Shown: positions 14,053 to 28,369 of the stretch, in pieces
Position numbering within the stretch: the stretch's first letter is position 1
Layout: the number at the start of each line of letters is the position of its first letter
NCBI GenBank assembly: GCA_036172245.1
Contig: JAYWIR010000034.1
Coordinates: 1,054,001-1,118,000 of the forward strand
Source: Raillietiella orientalis
Taxonomy: Eukaryota
Reading direction: 5' to 3'
Length of the DNA stretch: 64,000 nucleotides
The notes under the pieces: model-generated
Told to the model about the DNA's origin: nothing
Database searches by the model: none
The model's input: only the letters and a program-made list of their open reading frames with translations
Program-made: the position numbers and the translations under genes

Positions 14053-15762
14053 ATTGTCCGCTGGCGCTTTGTGCTTAGGAAACTCACCTAAGCCTCTGAG
14101 TGCTGCAAACGTTTGAAAGAATAGTAATGCGATAGTTGTAGACAGAATCAGTGGGAATCACGTTTCTTTGTTACATATCATCGCTGCGTAACCTTTGTTT
14201 TCACAAAGGGCACGCAGGATCATAATCACTTTTAAAGACTCCAAACTCCTCAGGGAGAGGAAGTAAGTAAGGCAGCCATGCATGCAATGCTGCAACACGG
14301 AATTACGATGCACGGATCGCCGCCCCACAGTCCCAAGAAATGAATGAGTGCGTACGGTGGTTACGCACCTCCTGCACACACACTACTACAAAAGCTCACT
14401 ACAGATAGGTCACCCGTAAAAAACGCATAAGCACTGTGGCCAGGTCACACGAGGTGATTACATCCACGTATGTAAAGAACATGCATGTACAAAACTTTTT
14501 CAGGGAAAGCTGAAATCTACAGAATCCATGTGCATGTATGCATGCACACATAGTCGCGAACAGGATTTTAGATTCCCGCCGAGAGACCTACACACATCTT
14601 ACGCACACGTGCCTATCCTCTGCAGGTACGAACAGACGACTCTGTACACTGCATTCTTTGCTTCGTGTTTGAAAAGATGCAAATTGGAAGGGGGGGGGGG
14701 GAAATGAGTTGCGTAGTGCAACACATACATGAATATCATGGAAAAAAAACTGCCGCACACCGTGCACGGAAGCACCTGAAAAAATGAGAACCCATGCAGG
14801 CATTTACGTTTGTTTTTGTGAAGAGTTTGTGCACCCTGTAATCAATATTACTATGAACACTTTATAAGCATACGCATATGCCCACCATGGATTTCAGTAC
14901 ATTTGTAATTGCACAAAATGCTTGAGGAACGTATCAAGACACAACAGATATCTTGTCCACGAAATATATGACCCAGGGCACTTTCAGAGGTATTAGCTAT
15001 GTGGTGGTGGTTAGCAGTAGTTGTTTTACTATAGTAGTACGGTCATATTTAAAGCAGTTTACTGTATATAAATACATTCAAGTATTCATGTCTTCCAAGG
15101 AACTTTTCGATTACGTTGAAGTAAACCAAGGCAGAAGACTGTTCAGAAATCAGCAGCTAACACGAGCAAAATAAACCACTAGGAGTCGCCTATTGTGATC
15201 CGATCCGATCTTATTTCCTACATCCATGGACATATCCTCTGAGGAGGGGAGGAGGGGGGGGATTTTATTGACTTTTTAAAGAAGACATTCATATAGTTTA
15301 TTTGTAATTTGTATTCATTTTGTAAATAAACTGTCATCTATTATACCTGCCTCGATGAGGTTTAACAAGTCGACCACACGATTTCTAATGTATCACGGTT
15401 ATCACCTTTTTTTAAACGCACCAAAGATAAGATATTTTTACTTAAGATCGCTTCCTTGGAATAAAACATTTTTATTCTGAATGTAAGTTCCGACACTTAC
15501 TAACTTATTTGCATGAATAGTCTTCCCTACTGACCCCAATTTACCGATCTGGTTCTTCGTTCCTCTGGCTACGCATGCATAGGGTTGCTTTAATTCCAGG
15601 ATTTTATCCGTTTTGAACTACAGCTCATAGCTGTCGCTTTTAAAACTAGTTCCATGAACCACAATAGCTGCACAAGTATCGTGAAAAAATCAATAATAGT
15701 TGTGTTGCTTTGCATATAAAGTTGAAAAATAAAGTAAAAAGAAAGATACGAAAAATGAACTG

Positions 15763-15768
15763 TTTATT
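15763..15768 (-). promoter_or_regulatory. Likely polyadenylation signal (AATAAA) of GTF3C2
   Basis: AATAAA on the minus strand ~70 nt after the stop, followed by a T-rich tract. Confidence 0.55.
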
Positions 15769-15836
15769 GTTCAAGGAAATTGACTAGATTATCAGGGTAT
15801 TCTTAATAAAAGATTGATATTCAAAATGTAGTAGAA

Positions 15837-18800
15837 TTAACTCTGCACATTTCCTTGCTGATCCAAAGCATCTATACAAAGTAAACGACATAGACCACAT
15901 CGAAATCCTACAAACAACCACATATGGGAATGAAAATTTGGATTCCAAAGAACCTAACAAAAATATTTGATTCCTTTAAAACATGTGATTTCAATACCTT
16001 AGTTATGGCTCCCAAGGGAAAATGAGAAGCTGAGCTAACTGGGAGTTTATCTGGATTACGAGTGTTTTCTAATGCTGCACATGGTATTTTACTGAAATCA
16101 TGTAAGCACTCATCATGGAAAAGCAGCTTATACGATGCAACATCTTTGTACTGACACAAAGGTAAAGCTTCTTTCTTGAGAATTTCCTCTTCAGGTATTA
16201 AAATGGTATGACTCAGGGGCTAAGTAAAAATGAATGATCAACCATGGATAGATATTGTTACAAACCACACGTCGTTTCACATAATTTTTGTCCAAATCCA
16301 AGTTCATTAGCATATTTGGCATTACCATGCATACAACTTCGCCAGCTTCATCCCCATGTACAGCAACATTGTACCAATCATTATAACTAAGACTCTGTAC
16401 AACATATCCCAACGTTCACAATTACAAGGCTCACCCAAACAGGAGAGTTTTGATGAAGCATGGGTCTCTGGACATGACTGTAATACCCACAATCAACATA
16501 AACTGTACTACTATGCTGCAGGCTAAACACTAGGATTAGTTTGTACACTTAATCGAAACTATTACCCTAAAGAGTCATCCAAAGAAGTTAATCCTCCTGG
16601 CCACAATGAAGTCCACACTACATCAGTGTATAATCCTTTTTTATTCACTGAAATAGGTATATTTGGATCTGAAATATCCCATACTTTCTGACATCGATCC
16701 AAAGAAGCAGTCATAAGAAACAGTTCTTTCGAATAGGGGCAAAGTGAAAGACCTTTGTAGAATAAATTAAGATGAAAGATGCATGCTGTAAACTGACTTG
16801 TAACAGCACTGTTATGTGCTAAGTAACTGAGAAAAGGAAACAAAACAACATCATTAGCATTTTGAATCTTCAACAGTGAAGAAGCTGTATTCAGGTCCCA
16901 AATGCTGACTACACCATTACTAAATCCTCCAGCTACGTATCTAAAAAGGAATCTCACAATACGAAAATGCAAGCATGTACCTGTGGTCTGGAACTTGATG
17001 CCAACTAACACATAAGCACTGCACATGTGGTGAATCACACTCAGAATCCTGTGAGCCATATAGCAGCGAAATATTAGCTTCTTTGGTTAACATGACACCA
17101 ACATGATACCTGTATAATATAAAAAACATAAAAACAATTTAAACATACTTGGAAACAATAGCATCTGGCCAAGGAATAGAAAATATGCGAATAGTGCCAT
17201 CAGAACAGGCTACTGCTAGAAGACCCAATCTACCATCATCTGAACCTACATCTGTGGGGAAGTTGAAACATCCACTGGGACACCATTCCATTTCCCAAAC
17301 AGTGCCATATGATAAAGCCAAGCTACAGCAAAGGGAAGGTTCTGTAGTAACACTACGAAATTCATACATAAAACCAATTAATGATGATTTAATTAGGTAA
17401 TGAAGTTGATTTACAAATTAATAAAACTGTAAGTGCAGAAGGTATGCTCAGTTCAATAACTGTTTAAAAAGACAATCAAAATATCATGCCTGTCTATGCT
17501 TAGTTGCCCACAATCCCAAAGTTGTATCAGTGCTGGGTCTGACCACTTCTCCAAAACAGTATGAGTGAGATCGATTGATGGTCCAGATGCAATAGCCAAA
17601 AACTGATTGGCAATAGCATTTGTATTAAGAGGCTGTGGTGCCCATGCAGCAGCCCACACTGGACCTCCAGTGAAAAATAAAGGTTTATCTAAGGAAAACC
17701 AAAGTGCAAACAAAAGATTTCCAAAAACAAAGATAAGACTTCTCACTTTCATGCAAAACACTTCCAAATCTAGACAACCTGTGATAACTGTCAACATGGG
17801 GATGAACAGCATAAGAAACAGAGTTTAAGAGTTCAGGATAATATCTTGATACCAAATCAGGAAGAACAATTTTCCAATCATTCAATGTTCCAGATACAGA
17901 AACAAATAGTGATGTTGAAGAACTATTATCATGTTTCCTAAAAATCGATTAGAAAATGCAATAATAATTGTTCATAAATAAAGATGGTTAGAAATTATTA
18001 CTTACATTTCAAAAGTCCAAACTGCTGCATCAGGAATCACTTCTAAAGGTCTAGAATATTTTTTGGTCCCTGATTTCATTGTATCAATAATCCCAAACAC
18101 AGAAAAAAACTTACGGTTTGAGCAGATAACTTTACAAGGAAGTTTATGTGGCACTTCCTTTGCCATATCAATTTCATGGGAATGATTATTTTTTAGGTGC
18201 TTGTGCATTGTCTGCGGAACTGAAGATCTCAAAGAGCAAAATTTGCAAGAATAAAGCTAAAAGGCGATTAATATATATTCTCTAGAAAGAAATTCTCACA
18301 GTAATGGGTTCAACACAGGAGCACGTGAGGTAATGCTCACTGATTTCATCTATTGTTCTACATGTTGTTTCACACTTTGGAGCAGTGCACCTGACACGAC
18401 CTTCACTCAGTTTACCTAGCCATAAATTATACAATGCGTCAGGAATCTCTGTTGCCACTCTTGCTCTATCAATAATAGAGCCATAAAACCGATCCTAAAG
18501 ATTTAAAATATAAAGCATTTCAAAAGTTGAAAAACTACCAAATTCCGCATGTCAGTAGGTTTCCGAACACTTGGAGTTCTCTTAGAGTTTGTTGGAACAT
18601 CGTCTTCAAAGAACTTTTGGAATTTCTCCAGTGCTCTGTGATAGAAAAATTGAAATTCTGGTTAAGTCTCTTCCATTTAAATCAAAAAATGAAACTCACT
18701 TGGTAGCAGATCTCCTGGGAACTTTGATAGGTAACACTATGGGACATTTTGATTTGAAACACTTGGCTTTGGAATGTGTGATCCGCTCATGTCGCTCTTC

Positions 18801-20915
18801 TGATTTCAAACTTGCATTATTTAAATTAGAAACTGCCACAACCTCCTAAAACAAGTACCAAATTGAAATATGAACACAAAAAAGTGCATCAGAAAAAATA
18901 GCTTTTAAATCAACATAATGAAACTATGAATGACAAATATTTAAGAGGCTTCCATAAAACTCCACATGCAAATTCCAAACCATCTCTGATTTGCGTTTTC
19001 AACTACGATACTCATTTCTTAACCTTGGTAAGCTTTTGTGAAGGTTCAAAGAATAGAAACTTTTAAGTGTAATGTTATTAACACTTGATTATTAGATTGC
19101 CATTTTTGAATCAGTTAGATGGTAAACTAGTTGCTAATTCAAAACCATCAACCATTACAGCCCACAGCAAATGATAATTTCAAGACGACTTTTACGATGT
19201 TCACCCGAAGTTCAAATAATTTTAAATATATTTTCTGAATCGATGAAATATCAATTTATCTGTACATAACAAACATAAGAAAAAAATTCGCAAAATCAAT
19301 CATTTCGAAAAAAAATTGACTCTGGCTTATAAAAACAATTTACATTCAATTTCTAGCATATGAATATTCATTTGATTTATACAGAGGTTTTGTTAATGTA
19401 TGCAAATTACTCAACACAGCATTCACTCCTTAAAGCATTTCAGAATAAAAAGTGCGCCACCATGAGATAGGAACAGATAAACTACTGTATATTCTACTTA
19501 AAATATATTAACGAAACAGGAAAATAAGCAATAAATTTCACAGCACAACACAGGCTGAAACACACCTATTTGAAAAAGAAAAGAAAAGAAAAAAAACTAT
19601 TACAAAATTGATTTCAAACAATGCACTTTGAAAACACCATATCAACATGACTTCCAAATTATTTACTATTCCATGTTCCAAACATCACATTCCCTGATGG
19701 CTCCATTCATGTTTCCCTTCAATTATCATAATCAAAAAACTCTATAAATGTTATTCAATGTCTTCAAATGTCTTATGTTAGTGGAAAACACATCATCTGC
19801 ATATTTTTCTGAAGAAAATAAAGTCCACCACTAAACAATTTGAAATACCTGAAGCATATTGGAAAAAAAAAAAAAAAGTTACCCTGGAGGAAATTCTTGA
19901 TTCAATATTTAAAGAGAATTGACATCAAAGAACACATGCAATTTGAACTTTTTTTTCTACAATACAAAATTCTTCATTCTGTCATAATTGAGAATAAGAA
20001 TGATGCCTCATAATATCACAGAAATTATTACCTATGCAACTAGTTACCTTTTCTAAGCAACCGCCATCTGAAAAAATAAAATATATTGAACACCTTATAA
20101 TTGTTTCATGGAATTAAGAGCAATTTTCTTTGAAACATTACAATGACTTTAAAAAAAATCATACTTAAGGTACACTTATCAGTAAAGAAAAAAAAAATTT
20201 TAAATTTACCAGTATCTGAAACAGTTTTCAAAGTTACATTCTTTAAAGAAGCTTTGTTAGCCAATGCTTTATCTAGCGAAGATTCAGCAACAGATTTGAA
20301 ACGATGCACATCATGCAAATGTTGTGTCTTTTCAGTGGAAAATCTTTTCTTCTCTTCAATAAATACCACACTCAACTCTGATCCTTGCTGATCATTTGTT
20401 AAATGTTCAACTGCTCTTCTTCTTCGGGAATTGAATTTAACTGGAATTCTACCAAATTGGTTTAGGTGTTTCTTGGTTCGTTTTTTTATTTTTTGTGGAA
20501 TTTTTTTATTTCTTGATGATTTACCAACTTCAGCTTTTCTTTTTCTTCCTCTTTTAACTTCAACAGAAAACTGAGAGTTCTTAGGTTTTGAATAGTTCAA
20601 GAAAGCTGAATAAAAATTTTGCATACATTCACTTTCATCAATTTCCACGTGATTTGCATTGCCTTCACTAAATTTTTGCAAGAAACCAGATTGTTCAAAA
20701 AATTCATTTACATTTTGAATACTGTGCTGGCAAGCATCGGAAAGAGTAAAACTCACTGTTTTTCCATAGAATTCACTTGATATAATTTTTATAGGTTTGT
20801 TTTCTGATAAGTTCAAAACACTTTCTACTGATCTTTCCAATTCAATTTCACCAGCCTTTAAGAGCACATTGGTATTTCCTTCAGGAAGCAACTGATTTAG
20901 TGCCATCTCCTCCAT
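15837..20915 (-). CDS. GTF3C2: General transcription factor IIIC subunit 2 (TFIIIC110-like, C-terminal WD40 repeats), multi-exon
   Basis: Motifs FFTGGPVWAAAWAP, DPALIQLWDCGQL, GTVWEMEWCPSG...RLGLLAVACSDGTIRIFSIP, AGGFSNGVVSIWDL, MTASLDR and terminal VLWNPNFHSHMWLFVGFRCGLCRL match the GTF3C2 WD40 region. The basic low-complexity N-terminal exon (ATG at 20915, KRGRKRK) is attached by inference. Confidence 0.85.
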
Positions 20916-21734
20916 ATTACTAACTACTATTTCAAATTTGTATTTATGGAATTATGTGACCAAGCATCAATCCTAATCCATCATGATATCAATTACTGTC
21001 TGAAACGAAAATCAAAATGGAACTGCTCAATCAATATAATAAAATGTAACACAACAATGAAATACCCCAACATGCATCAGTAGGAACTGTAAATGTAACA
21101 GAAGAATTAAAGCATGCTTTCAAACACCTCAAAAAACACAATACAATATACTTCACACAAAGTGGGTATCTTTAAGTTCAAATTCTATTAAATTTTTATC
21201 GACGGCAAAAATTTACAATACTTTGAAACATCTCCCTATTGGATAAGCTCATGATTCTTAAAATACTCCAGATAGTTTACACTCCATGCAATAATTCGAT
21301 GTCACCAAATTTAGAAAGCACCCAGTTGTTTCCAAGGAAAATATCAAAGAGCTTAACCATGGATATTAAATGAATTACATAAGTGAATATTCTGTTACAG
21401 TTATTTTCAGTTGGCAAAACTTGGCTTACTGTTGGATAAAAACAATCTCTAGTTAATACATTTAATCTAACAACAAAACATCGATCGCAAATTTTCTAAA
21501 TCGTAATCAAAACTTCACACAGAGAACCCTTACGACTGCAAGCAATGGCTCTATGTGTCCAACTCAGTGTCACTAGGTTTAAATGAAAGTCGAAAATTAT
21601 TACATATGTATGAGAAAAAAATGACATAATCAAACAGTTCATTTAAATGAAAAACCATTTCAATAAAGATTGTACAAAAAAACACATTCAAATTCCAACT
21701 TCATTTTCCAGATGATGGGAAATGATTTTGATTT

Positions 21735-21789
21735 TGTTCCATGATTTTGATACTCCTTACACAACAAGGAGTATCAAAATCATGGAACA
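21735..21789. repeat. Perfect 24-bp inverted repeat with 7-nt loop
   Basis: TGTTCCATGATTTTGATACTCCTT-acacaac-AAGGAGTATCAAAATCATGGAACA. Confidence 0.95.
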
Positions 21790-23229
21790 CAGTTCTTTGA
21801 ACATTGTCAAGCAAGCACTCAACAATTTTTTAGAAAATTTTAGTCGCATTCATCCATGATTGAATCCAAACACATGGAGACTTATCGATTATTAAACCAT
21901 TGTAACTTTCTGACATGAGTTCCTTTATTATAAATAATACGCATTAATTGTTTCTTGGCCTTTCTTAATCACCAATGCTGACTACTGTTCTAAGTGCTCA
22001 ATGTATGTAATTTTTTTAAAGCACAATTCTATTTATCCTTGTGCCCATCTATGATCAAGATGTAGGTAAGTTGCTTCTCTAATTATTACTAGGTTGATAA
22101 TCAATCAAACTGCTTTTATCACATATTAGTGAAACTTCTAAATGTTCATACTATTAAATATAGAAATCCTAATCCAATGAAGCCTTCCCATCATTGTGCC
22201 ACTTTCTGTCTCCTCAATCTCATGGAACTTATTTTGATGGCACTGAGACCAGCAGAGTTATCATTTTAATAACTCTGCCTCTTTTTTTTTGTTGAATATG
22301 TATATATATTTCTTGGAATTTTCAGAATATGTGAAGATATAAACGAAGCACACCTGTTTTGTGCAAAAAATACAAAATGCAATCAAGAAGTCCTTGCACT
22401 TTTAAAGATTGAAACATTAAGTAATCAGAATATGAGTATGTGCTTATAATTGATATGTTTCGCGTGAGAAATAGGAATAAAAAGGGAATCCTGGAAATAA
22501 TATGAATGCCTTTATTCATTTATCGATGAAAACGAAGGCAAGAGTGCACAAATATTTTGATGTATAAAAGAAAATGCACCTTTGCTCTAAAAAAAAATTC
22601 CTCGACTTCAGAACTGTGAGATCTAAAGAACGACATGTCGAAATAAACATAACGAGAAGACTTGAGTGCAACAAGATCAAGTTGTTGTATGTATCTCACA
22701 TTCAGATTACTATAGAACTTAATCTCATCCGCATTCTAAAGCATAAAAGCTATTGGAGGATTCTGGGGATTATAAAAGTTTTGCGGCTCAAATTGATAGC
22801 ATTGACAACTCTTATTTGACCTCTTTAATGAAGTCCTGTGCTGAACTCAGTAGAATCAAAAACAAAACAAACAAAACTGCCTTTGTTTATTTTCCTCTTA
22901 GTAACTAGCATTTCTTTCCGTTAATTAATGCATTTTACTCCTTTCTCTGATGCTATGGATATTCTCACTCCCTAAAAGCCTTGACAAACTATTGATGATT
23001 TTAAGTAATAAGTTTTATTCCTTGTTTCGCGATCGATTGAATTTTCTTTAAAGACGCCGATTATAATTTGTTTGCTTCTGAAACGTACCGCTGAATCTTT
23101 ACTCCCTAACAGTATAAAGAACTTCGATCTGTAATTTGTTATTATGAATTACAGACTCAACATTAATAAGCTTCAAGGTGATTTTCTCAACATTCCCTGC
23201 ACTCTGGGGAGAATGAGACAGCAGAAACG

Positions 23230-24450
23230 AACTTTTCTGGAGTAAGAACATTGTGCGTGAGGAAGATGCGGAGAATTTAGTTTGTTATGTACCCGTCATG
23301 TCGCAAGGAAAGAATCACAGGGAAACAAACCTCACGATGAGCAGAGAAGCACTGAAGGCAGCAGGATGCTGGTTTTACTAATCTGAACTCTTTCATATGA
23401 TAAGCACAAAATTTCGATCATACGTAGAGAAGAAAATAATGAACAAAATCCATCCTCTCTTATCATCAAGTCAAAAAATTATTTCCACTCTTTCAAACAA
23501 GAGACTTGACAAGCTCAAACATCATCCAGTTGAAATTATGAAAGCAATAAGGCTGCATTGTATCTCTGCAAGGTGTACCAATCTGTACTAATCTTCAAGG
23601 TGTATTATTACGAAGATGCTATGACAAAATCAGGATCACTTCCTGCCATGATGCCACTCCTGTACAACTTTGATTGCTATTCCGAAGACCGATACAGAAG
23701 CGACTTTCCAAAGTCGCCTGTGACTTCCAAAGAACACTGTGTACTACCATTTAACTATACATAGAAGTGGTGAGTACAGCAGAACTTAACACCTTAAGGA
23801 TAGAAAAATTTGAACATTTGAGGTTATTGAGTGCATTCCGAAGCATAAGACAACTCTCGAAAAATGACTATTCAAAGAGTTCATTAAAAGAATTTAGAAA
23901 GATCAAAGCGTGTCATGAAAAAATGTGAAAACAATCAACACAAAAGGCTACCGCCTACATCCAAAGCGATTTCTGCATACTCAAAGACATTTCTCGAAGC
24001 AAACTATGAGATCTTAAAAGACTGGATAACCACGCCTAGAGCGCAGAATGTTGCAAGGAAGAAACATCTGTAATGCATTCACAGTTGAGAATTTTAGATC
24101 ATTGCTCATCTTACCTCAATCGCATCATAATTTCAAAAGAAACTAGAGGGAACCAAAACACAATTGAAAAACAAACCTGTACTTGGAAGTGCTAAGAAAT
24201 GTTGCAAAGTGCAGGGAAGAGAGATTGCATGAAACAGAAACCCATAGGGAACAACACCGAATGGACATCTGCGTTCGCAGTTCCAAGAGGCGAAGTTTCC
24301 GCGGCGTACCATTCTAACGAAGAGGAGAGAAGAAACTGCAGAAGAGAGAAATACTCACCGATGGCATAGAGAGAAGTCAAACTGACTCGAATGCTATTGA
24401 GTCATATCAAAGAGTCAGGAAAACCTGAAAAACTACTTTGAAAGGAAGTG
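23230..24450 (+). mobile_element. Degenerate P-element/THAP9-like transposase relic (tentative)
   Basis: Broken frames give EIMKAIRLHCISARC (resembling the P-transposase 'KAL.L.s.s.kaY' helix), SKEHCVLPF (resembling 'k.CVL.FDEM') and IIAHLTS (resembling 'kiAHKLT'), in the expected order. Many stops and frameshifts; boundaries approximate. Confidence 0.35.
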
Positions 24451-24719
24451 GGATAATTGCTTATGGAAAGGAGGGTGTTCATGGTGTTCATATAATAATA
24501 TTAATTTTATACGTGATTTTAAATATACTGTTTATATTAAATCTTGAAAGTGAATTAAAATATTCTTTGATTTATACGAAACCCCAAATGTTTTTTATAT
24601 CAGTTATTTATCATTAATATATATTATATTACCTCCTAATAAAAATGTTAAAATTAATTAATTGGGGGAATTATGTTCTTAAAGTATTTTTAATATCAAT
24701 AAGATAAATTTTTCAGGCT

Positions 24720-26640
24720 ATTTGGAAGTAAAAGAAACTTAGCTGTGCTATCATTGCAGAAAGGGAAGAGGACGAGGTCGATTTCTAATGATGGGTCACT
24801 GAAGGATTGGAAGGCAAAATAAGCACTCAGATTACTTCTGAAGATTTCTTTTCCCTCCAATGTGCCGTTGGGTTGGTCTGACAAGCATATGATGGGAGCG
24901 ATCAAGCGGGTCACAGAGGAAACTATGAAGTGGTCTCTCGGAACTCCACCGAACGTGATGACATCGTTGGAGATGCGCACTCATGGCAAGCGCAAATGAA
25001 AACTTAAGAGATTTCTACGAGCAGTAGCAGTTAAAGGATTTTCGTGTCGACATGGCGTGTGGGGAAAGGGAAGGGAAAGGAAGTGTCGAACTGAAACTGG
25101 AAGAGGTTCGGCTGGAAATTCGTCCTCTTGAAGCTGAGTAAGAGTGAAGGCACCAGTCAGCAAGACAGGTCCCCCAGAGTTCGGATTCCTCAAAGAGAAG
25201 CGTAAGGCAAAACTGAAGCAAAATCCAAGACGCAGGGTGCTCCATCATCATCCATCAGGGAGACGGGAGGGCAGTTAACACCCCGATGCTTCCTAAAGCT
25301 GGTTATGGTCCGATCCCACCCATTGCAACCCCAGGGCGTTCAGCCTTCGTTGCCCAAGGTGACTCCATGTGGCTCACCAGCTTCTGTCGGCGAGTGTTCT
25401 CCTGTAACTGAGGTTCTCCCCCTTCTCTGTCTAAAAGAAGACATGAAGCCACAAGTTGGATCGTTAGGAGGAAGAAGGACCATGACCTTCGCACATATCC
25501 AGAAGAGTCAGAAACAGTCCAGCCGCCTCCACCTACAAGTAGGTTCAGGGACGAGGAAATGGATCCCCAGGAGATTCCCAGCCAGAGTACATAGCGTCTC
25601 TCTTCAAATGCTTTGGTAGAAAGGCGAAGACCAAATGTCCAGGTCACGAGCTTCACAATCCGAGTTTCACTCCCAGGATCCCCATATTGTAGAATCTGGA
25701 ATTTCCGTTTTCGCCATCGTGGCTTCCAGAAAGGAAGAAAGATCTCGAGAGAGTATGGTATGCAAGACTGTGGTTTGGATTTCTGGAATGTGATCAAGAG
25801 ACGCGCTCCTTCATGTAGACTGCGCGCGATGCTGCTGTTGTGTCGAAGTGTCCCGCCGTGGAAACCATAAAAACTTGTTTCGACCATCCCATCATCCCAC
25901 CGATAAAGATGAGAGATCGCAGATACTCTCTGCCTAACGGAGTGCAGCAGCCAAGAAAAAGAGGAGTGGACAGCGTGGAAAGGGAAGATTTGCAGCTCAG
26001 TGCATCAGCAGGCATTGTTGCTGCGTAGCCACGGCAGCAGTCGAGGATATGTAGTCTCAAAGCTCCAAGAAAAGAGAAGATAGAAAAGTTGTTAGCTCCT
26101 TGAGGTCTCTGGATTCCTTCCCCACTTGTGCGCACTGTTTCATGACGGGCACCTTTGGGAAAGGTGGTTGCCTCTCTAGAAAAAGACATATCTCATCCTG
26201 ATCAATGCTAGTCAGCAACGAGGTCGGGGGCACAGTCCATCCACCAATCGCAAGAAAGAGTGCGAATAGAACTAGGTTCCAACTGAGAAGGCACGGAGTG
26301 TGGTACCGTACTCAACGCTGAGTAGTACAGATCAGTTGCATGGGGAAGGGAGAGGGGGCTCTCCGCAGTCATACAAGGAAGAGAAGGGATCTATAGGTGC
26401 AGCAAGTGGAAGAAACTGTCGTCACAAAGTATGCATGCCTGAGGCGGGGCGCGCGCACAAGTTTTTTTTTTCTTTTTCTTTTGGGCATCTCACACTCACT
26501 AAAACGCTTGCATGTTACCTGCGCAACCTGTCTGATGTTATGCCAAACAGAATTAAACTCACATGCATAAAAAGCAACAGCAAGCAAACCTTTACTAGAG
26601 ATGCTGTGCCGCGAATCCACTTTTTCGTTTCTTGAGAAAG
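24720..26640 (+). mobile_element. Decayed gag/ORF1-like segment of a non-LTR retrotransposon (tentative)
   Basis: Abrupt GC rise. Broken frames include RDAAVVSKCPAVE and EEKGSIGAASGRNCRHKV...FGH...C, reminiscent of R1-type gag leading into zinc knuckles. No intact ORF. Confidence 0.3.
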
Positions 26641-26899
26641 TCGTTTCGAGTTGCCACAGCACCCCTCATCTTTCTGCATGAATACCGTGATCACTTCGAT
26701 GCCGAGAAGCGCACCCTAAGTATACCCAACCATATTCAAAAGGCATCGAATTCATTGAAGTAAAAAAAAAAAAAATTCTGGAAAGGAAAGCTAGACTGTC
26801 CCCATCGATTGCAGCAGCCCCATGAATGTCATACCTGTTGTGTCCAAGTATTCTAGGCACAGTCTCAGCACGCATATCGAGAAGGCAGTTGCTTGTAGT

Positions 26900-28150
26900 A
26901 ACAACACACAAGAAGAAAACTCGCTCCCAAACATACCATTCCATGCTCCCTTTTCTCTTCTCGCCTCACCAATAGGCAGCCACTCGTCGCACTCCATATG
27001 GGTGCAAGCCACCATCTCTTCGGTTCCGCGTCCCACGTCGCACGCACCAATCACAGCATCGTTCTTCGAGAATCTTCTAAGAAACAGCGGGAATTCTGCT
27101 GACACTTGGCCCTCCCCCCCCCCCACACACAACCCCGAAGAAAGTGACTTCACGGAGGAACAGCCACGCCCAAGCTCCCCAGCATCGTGCACGAAACTCA
27201 ACTTGCCACCGTTGTGCAAGCAGCAGCCAGCGGCCGAAGGACATCGTGAACCACCACTACTCCCGTTGCACATACTTGGCCTCGAAAATGCCACCAGCAG
27301 CTGACTCTCAAGCTGGTGTTCTCTTTTCATTCCCATTCCACAGGCTCACCACCACGAAGGTACTTGTCGTCCTCGTACTCCGCCACGCGACTGTTGGCCT
27401 GGACCCAGACCTTCGTGATAGGTTCACTCCACTATGCAGCGGCGAGCTGAATGGACATGCGGGAGTGCGATAGAATCCGTGACCCAAGGCATCCTGAGAG
27501 GTCTCCGGAACTATTTCTAGGGTTCTGAAGAAGGAACGACTCGCCTGCGGAACGCGACGCGGACTTCCATGGCATCGGGAAGGAATCCAGCATGGCAGGG
27601 TCCTCCGGCAACTTCATGCACTACCCAGGGCAGCTGAAACTTCAGTTGCGTGCTCAGGATGAGGAATAGGCAAGAGAGATGCCACAGTCCCAGGGCATTC
27701 TGCATGAAACAGGAGGGAGGAACCTGGATGAAGCAGGACGCGCAGGGAGCTCGGTTCCATGATGACGACGCCCCACAGCAAGGGGCCTCAAGTCAGCGGT
27801 CTCTTTCCCCGAGGAGCTCCAAGAAGTCGGCCGGTTACGATGCATTCCGGACAAGCAATGAGGCAGGCGGGAGACGCTTCCTGCCCCCTTAGGTCCAGGG
27901 TCGAAGCGGAACCGGGGATGTGACGAATGCTGGAAGCAGAAGTACAGCAAAGAAATAGCGCTGCCTCCGCCAGCAACAGAAAGCGTACTTGCTCCTCCTC
28001 CTTACGATCAGGAAGAATCCTTCCTCGTCCTACTCGACAAAGGAAGGAATCTTCGCAGTGGCGGACATGCTCCCAGTGATGGACACCCTTGGCACCTCGG
28101 GAATTTTCACTCGACACTAGGAAGAAGAGGTGGATCGAGAGCACTAACGG
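26900..28150 (-). mobile_element. Decayed R1-like LINE ORF2 3' part (RT thumb and C-terminal Zn finger), inverted
   Basis: Colinear relics on the minus strand: GV..WEHVRH; GRILPDRKEEEQVRFLLL...ISLLY (cf. 'LSRLMPN.GGP...RRLL...S.LLY'); AGFLP (cf. 'VIAG.LP'); FPLFLRRFSKNDAVIGACDVG.GTEEMV..HMECDEW...R (cf. 'F..YL.RF....C..CG..E..EH...EC..W...R'). Confidence 0.5.
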
Positions 28151-28369
28151 AGATCCATCGCAGAACTCCTTTCCTACATCCATCCTCCCTCACGGCCCCC
28201 ATTTGAGCCAATTTGTTTCTTTCACCACCATCACCACCCTCCCGCCCAACTTTCTCTGCAGTTCCCGAAAAAAAGACATCTGCAATGATGCTTCGACTTG
28301 CTAGGATTCCTACGGTGTCGCGCGCACCCGAACTAAATAAGGGACTTATTTAGTTTCACTAATTAACCG

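Noticed and set aside
14200..15260. GC-richer segment upstream of ZNG1 with short Cys-rich ORFs and a (GATCC)n repeat
   Set aside because: No coherent reading frame or family signature, so it cannot be called.
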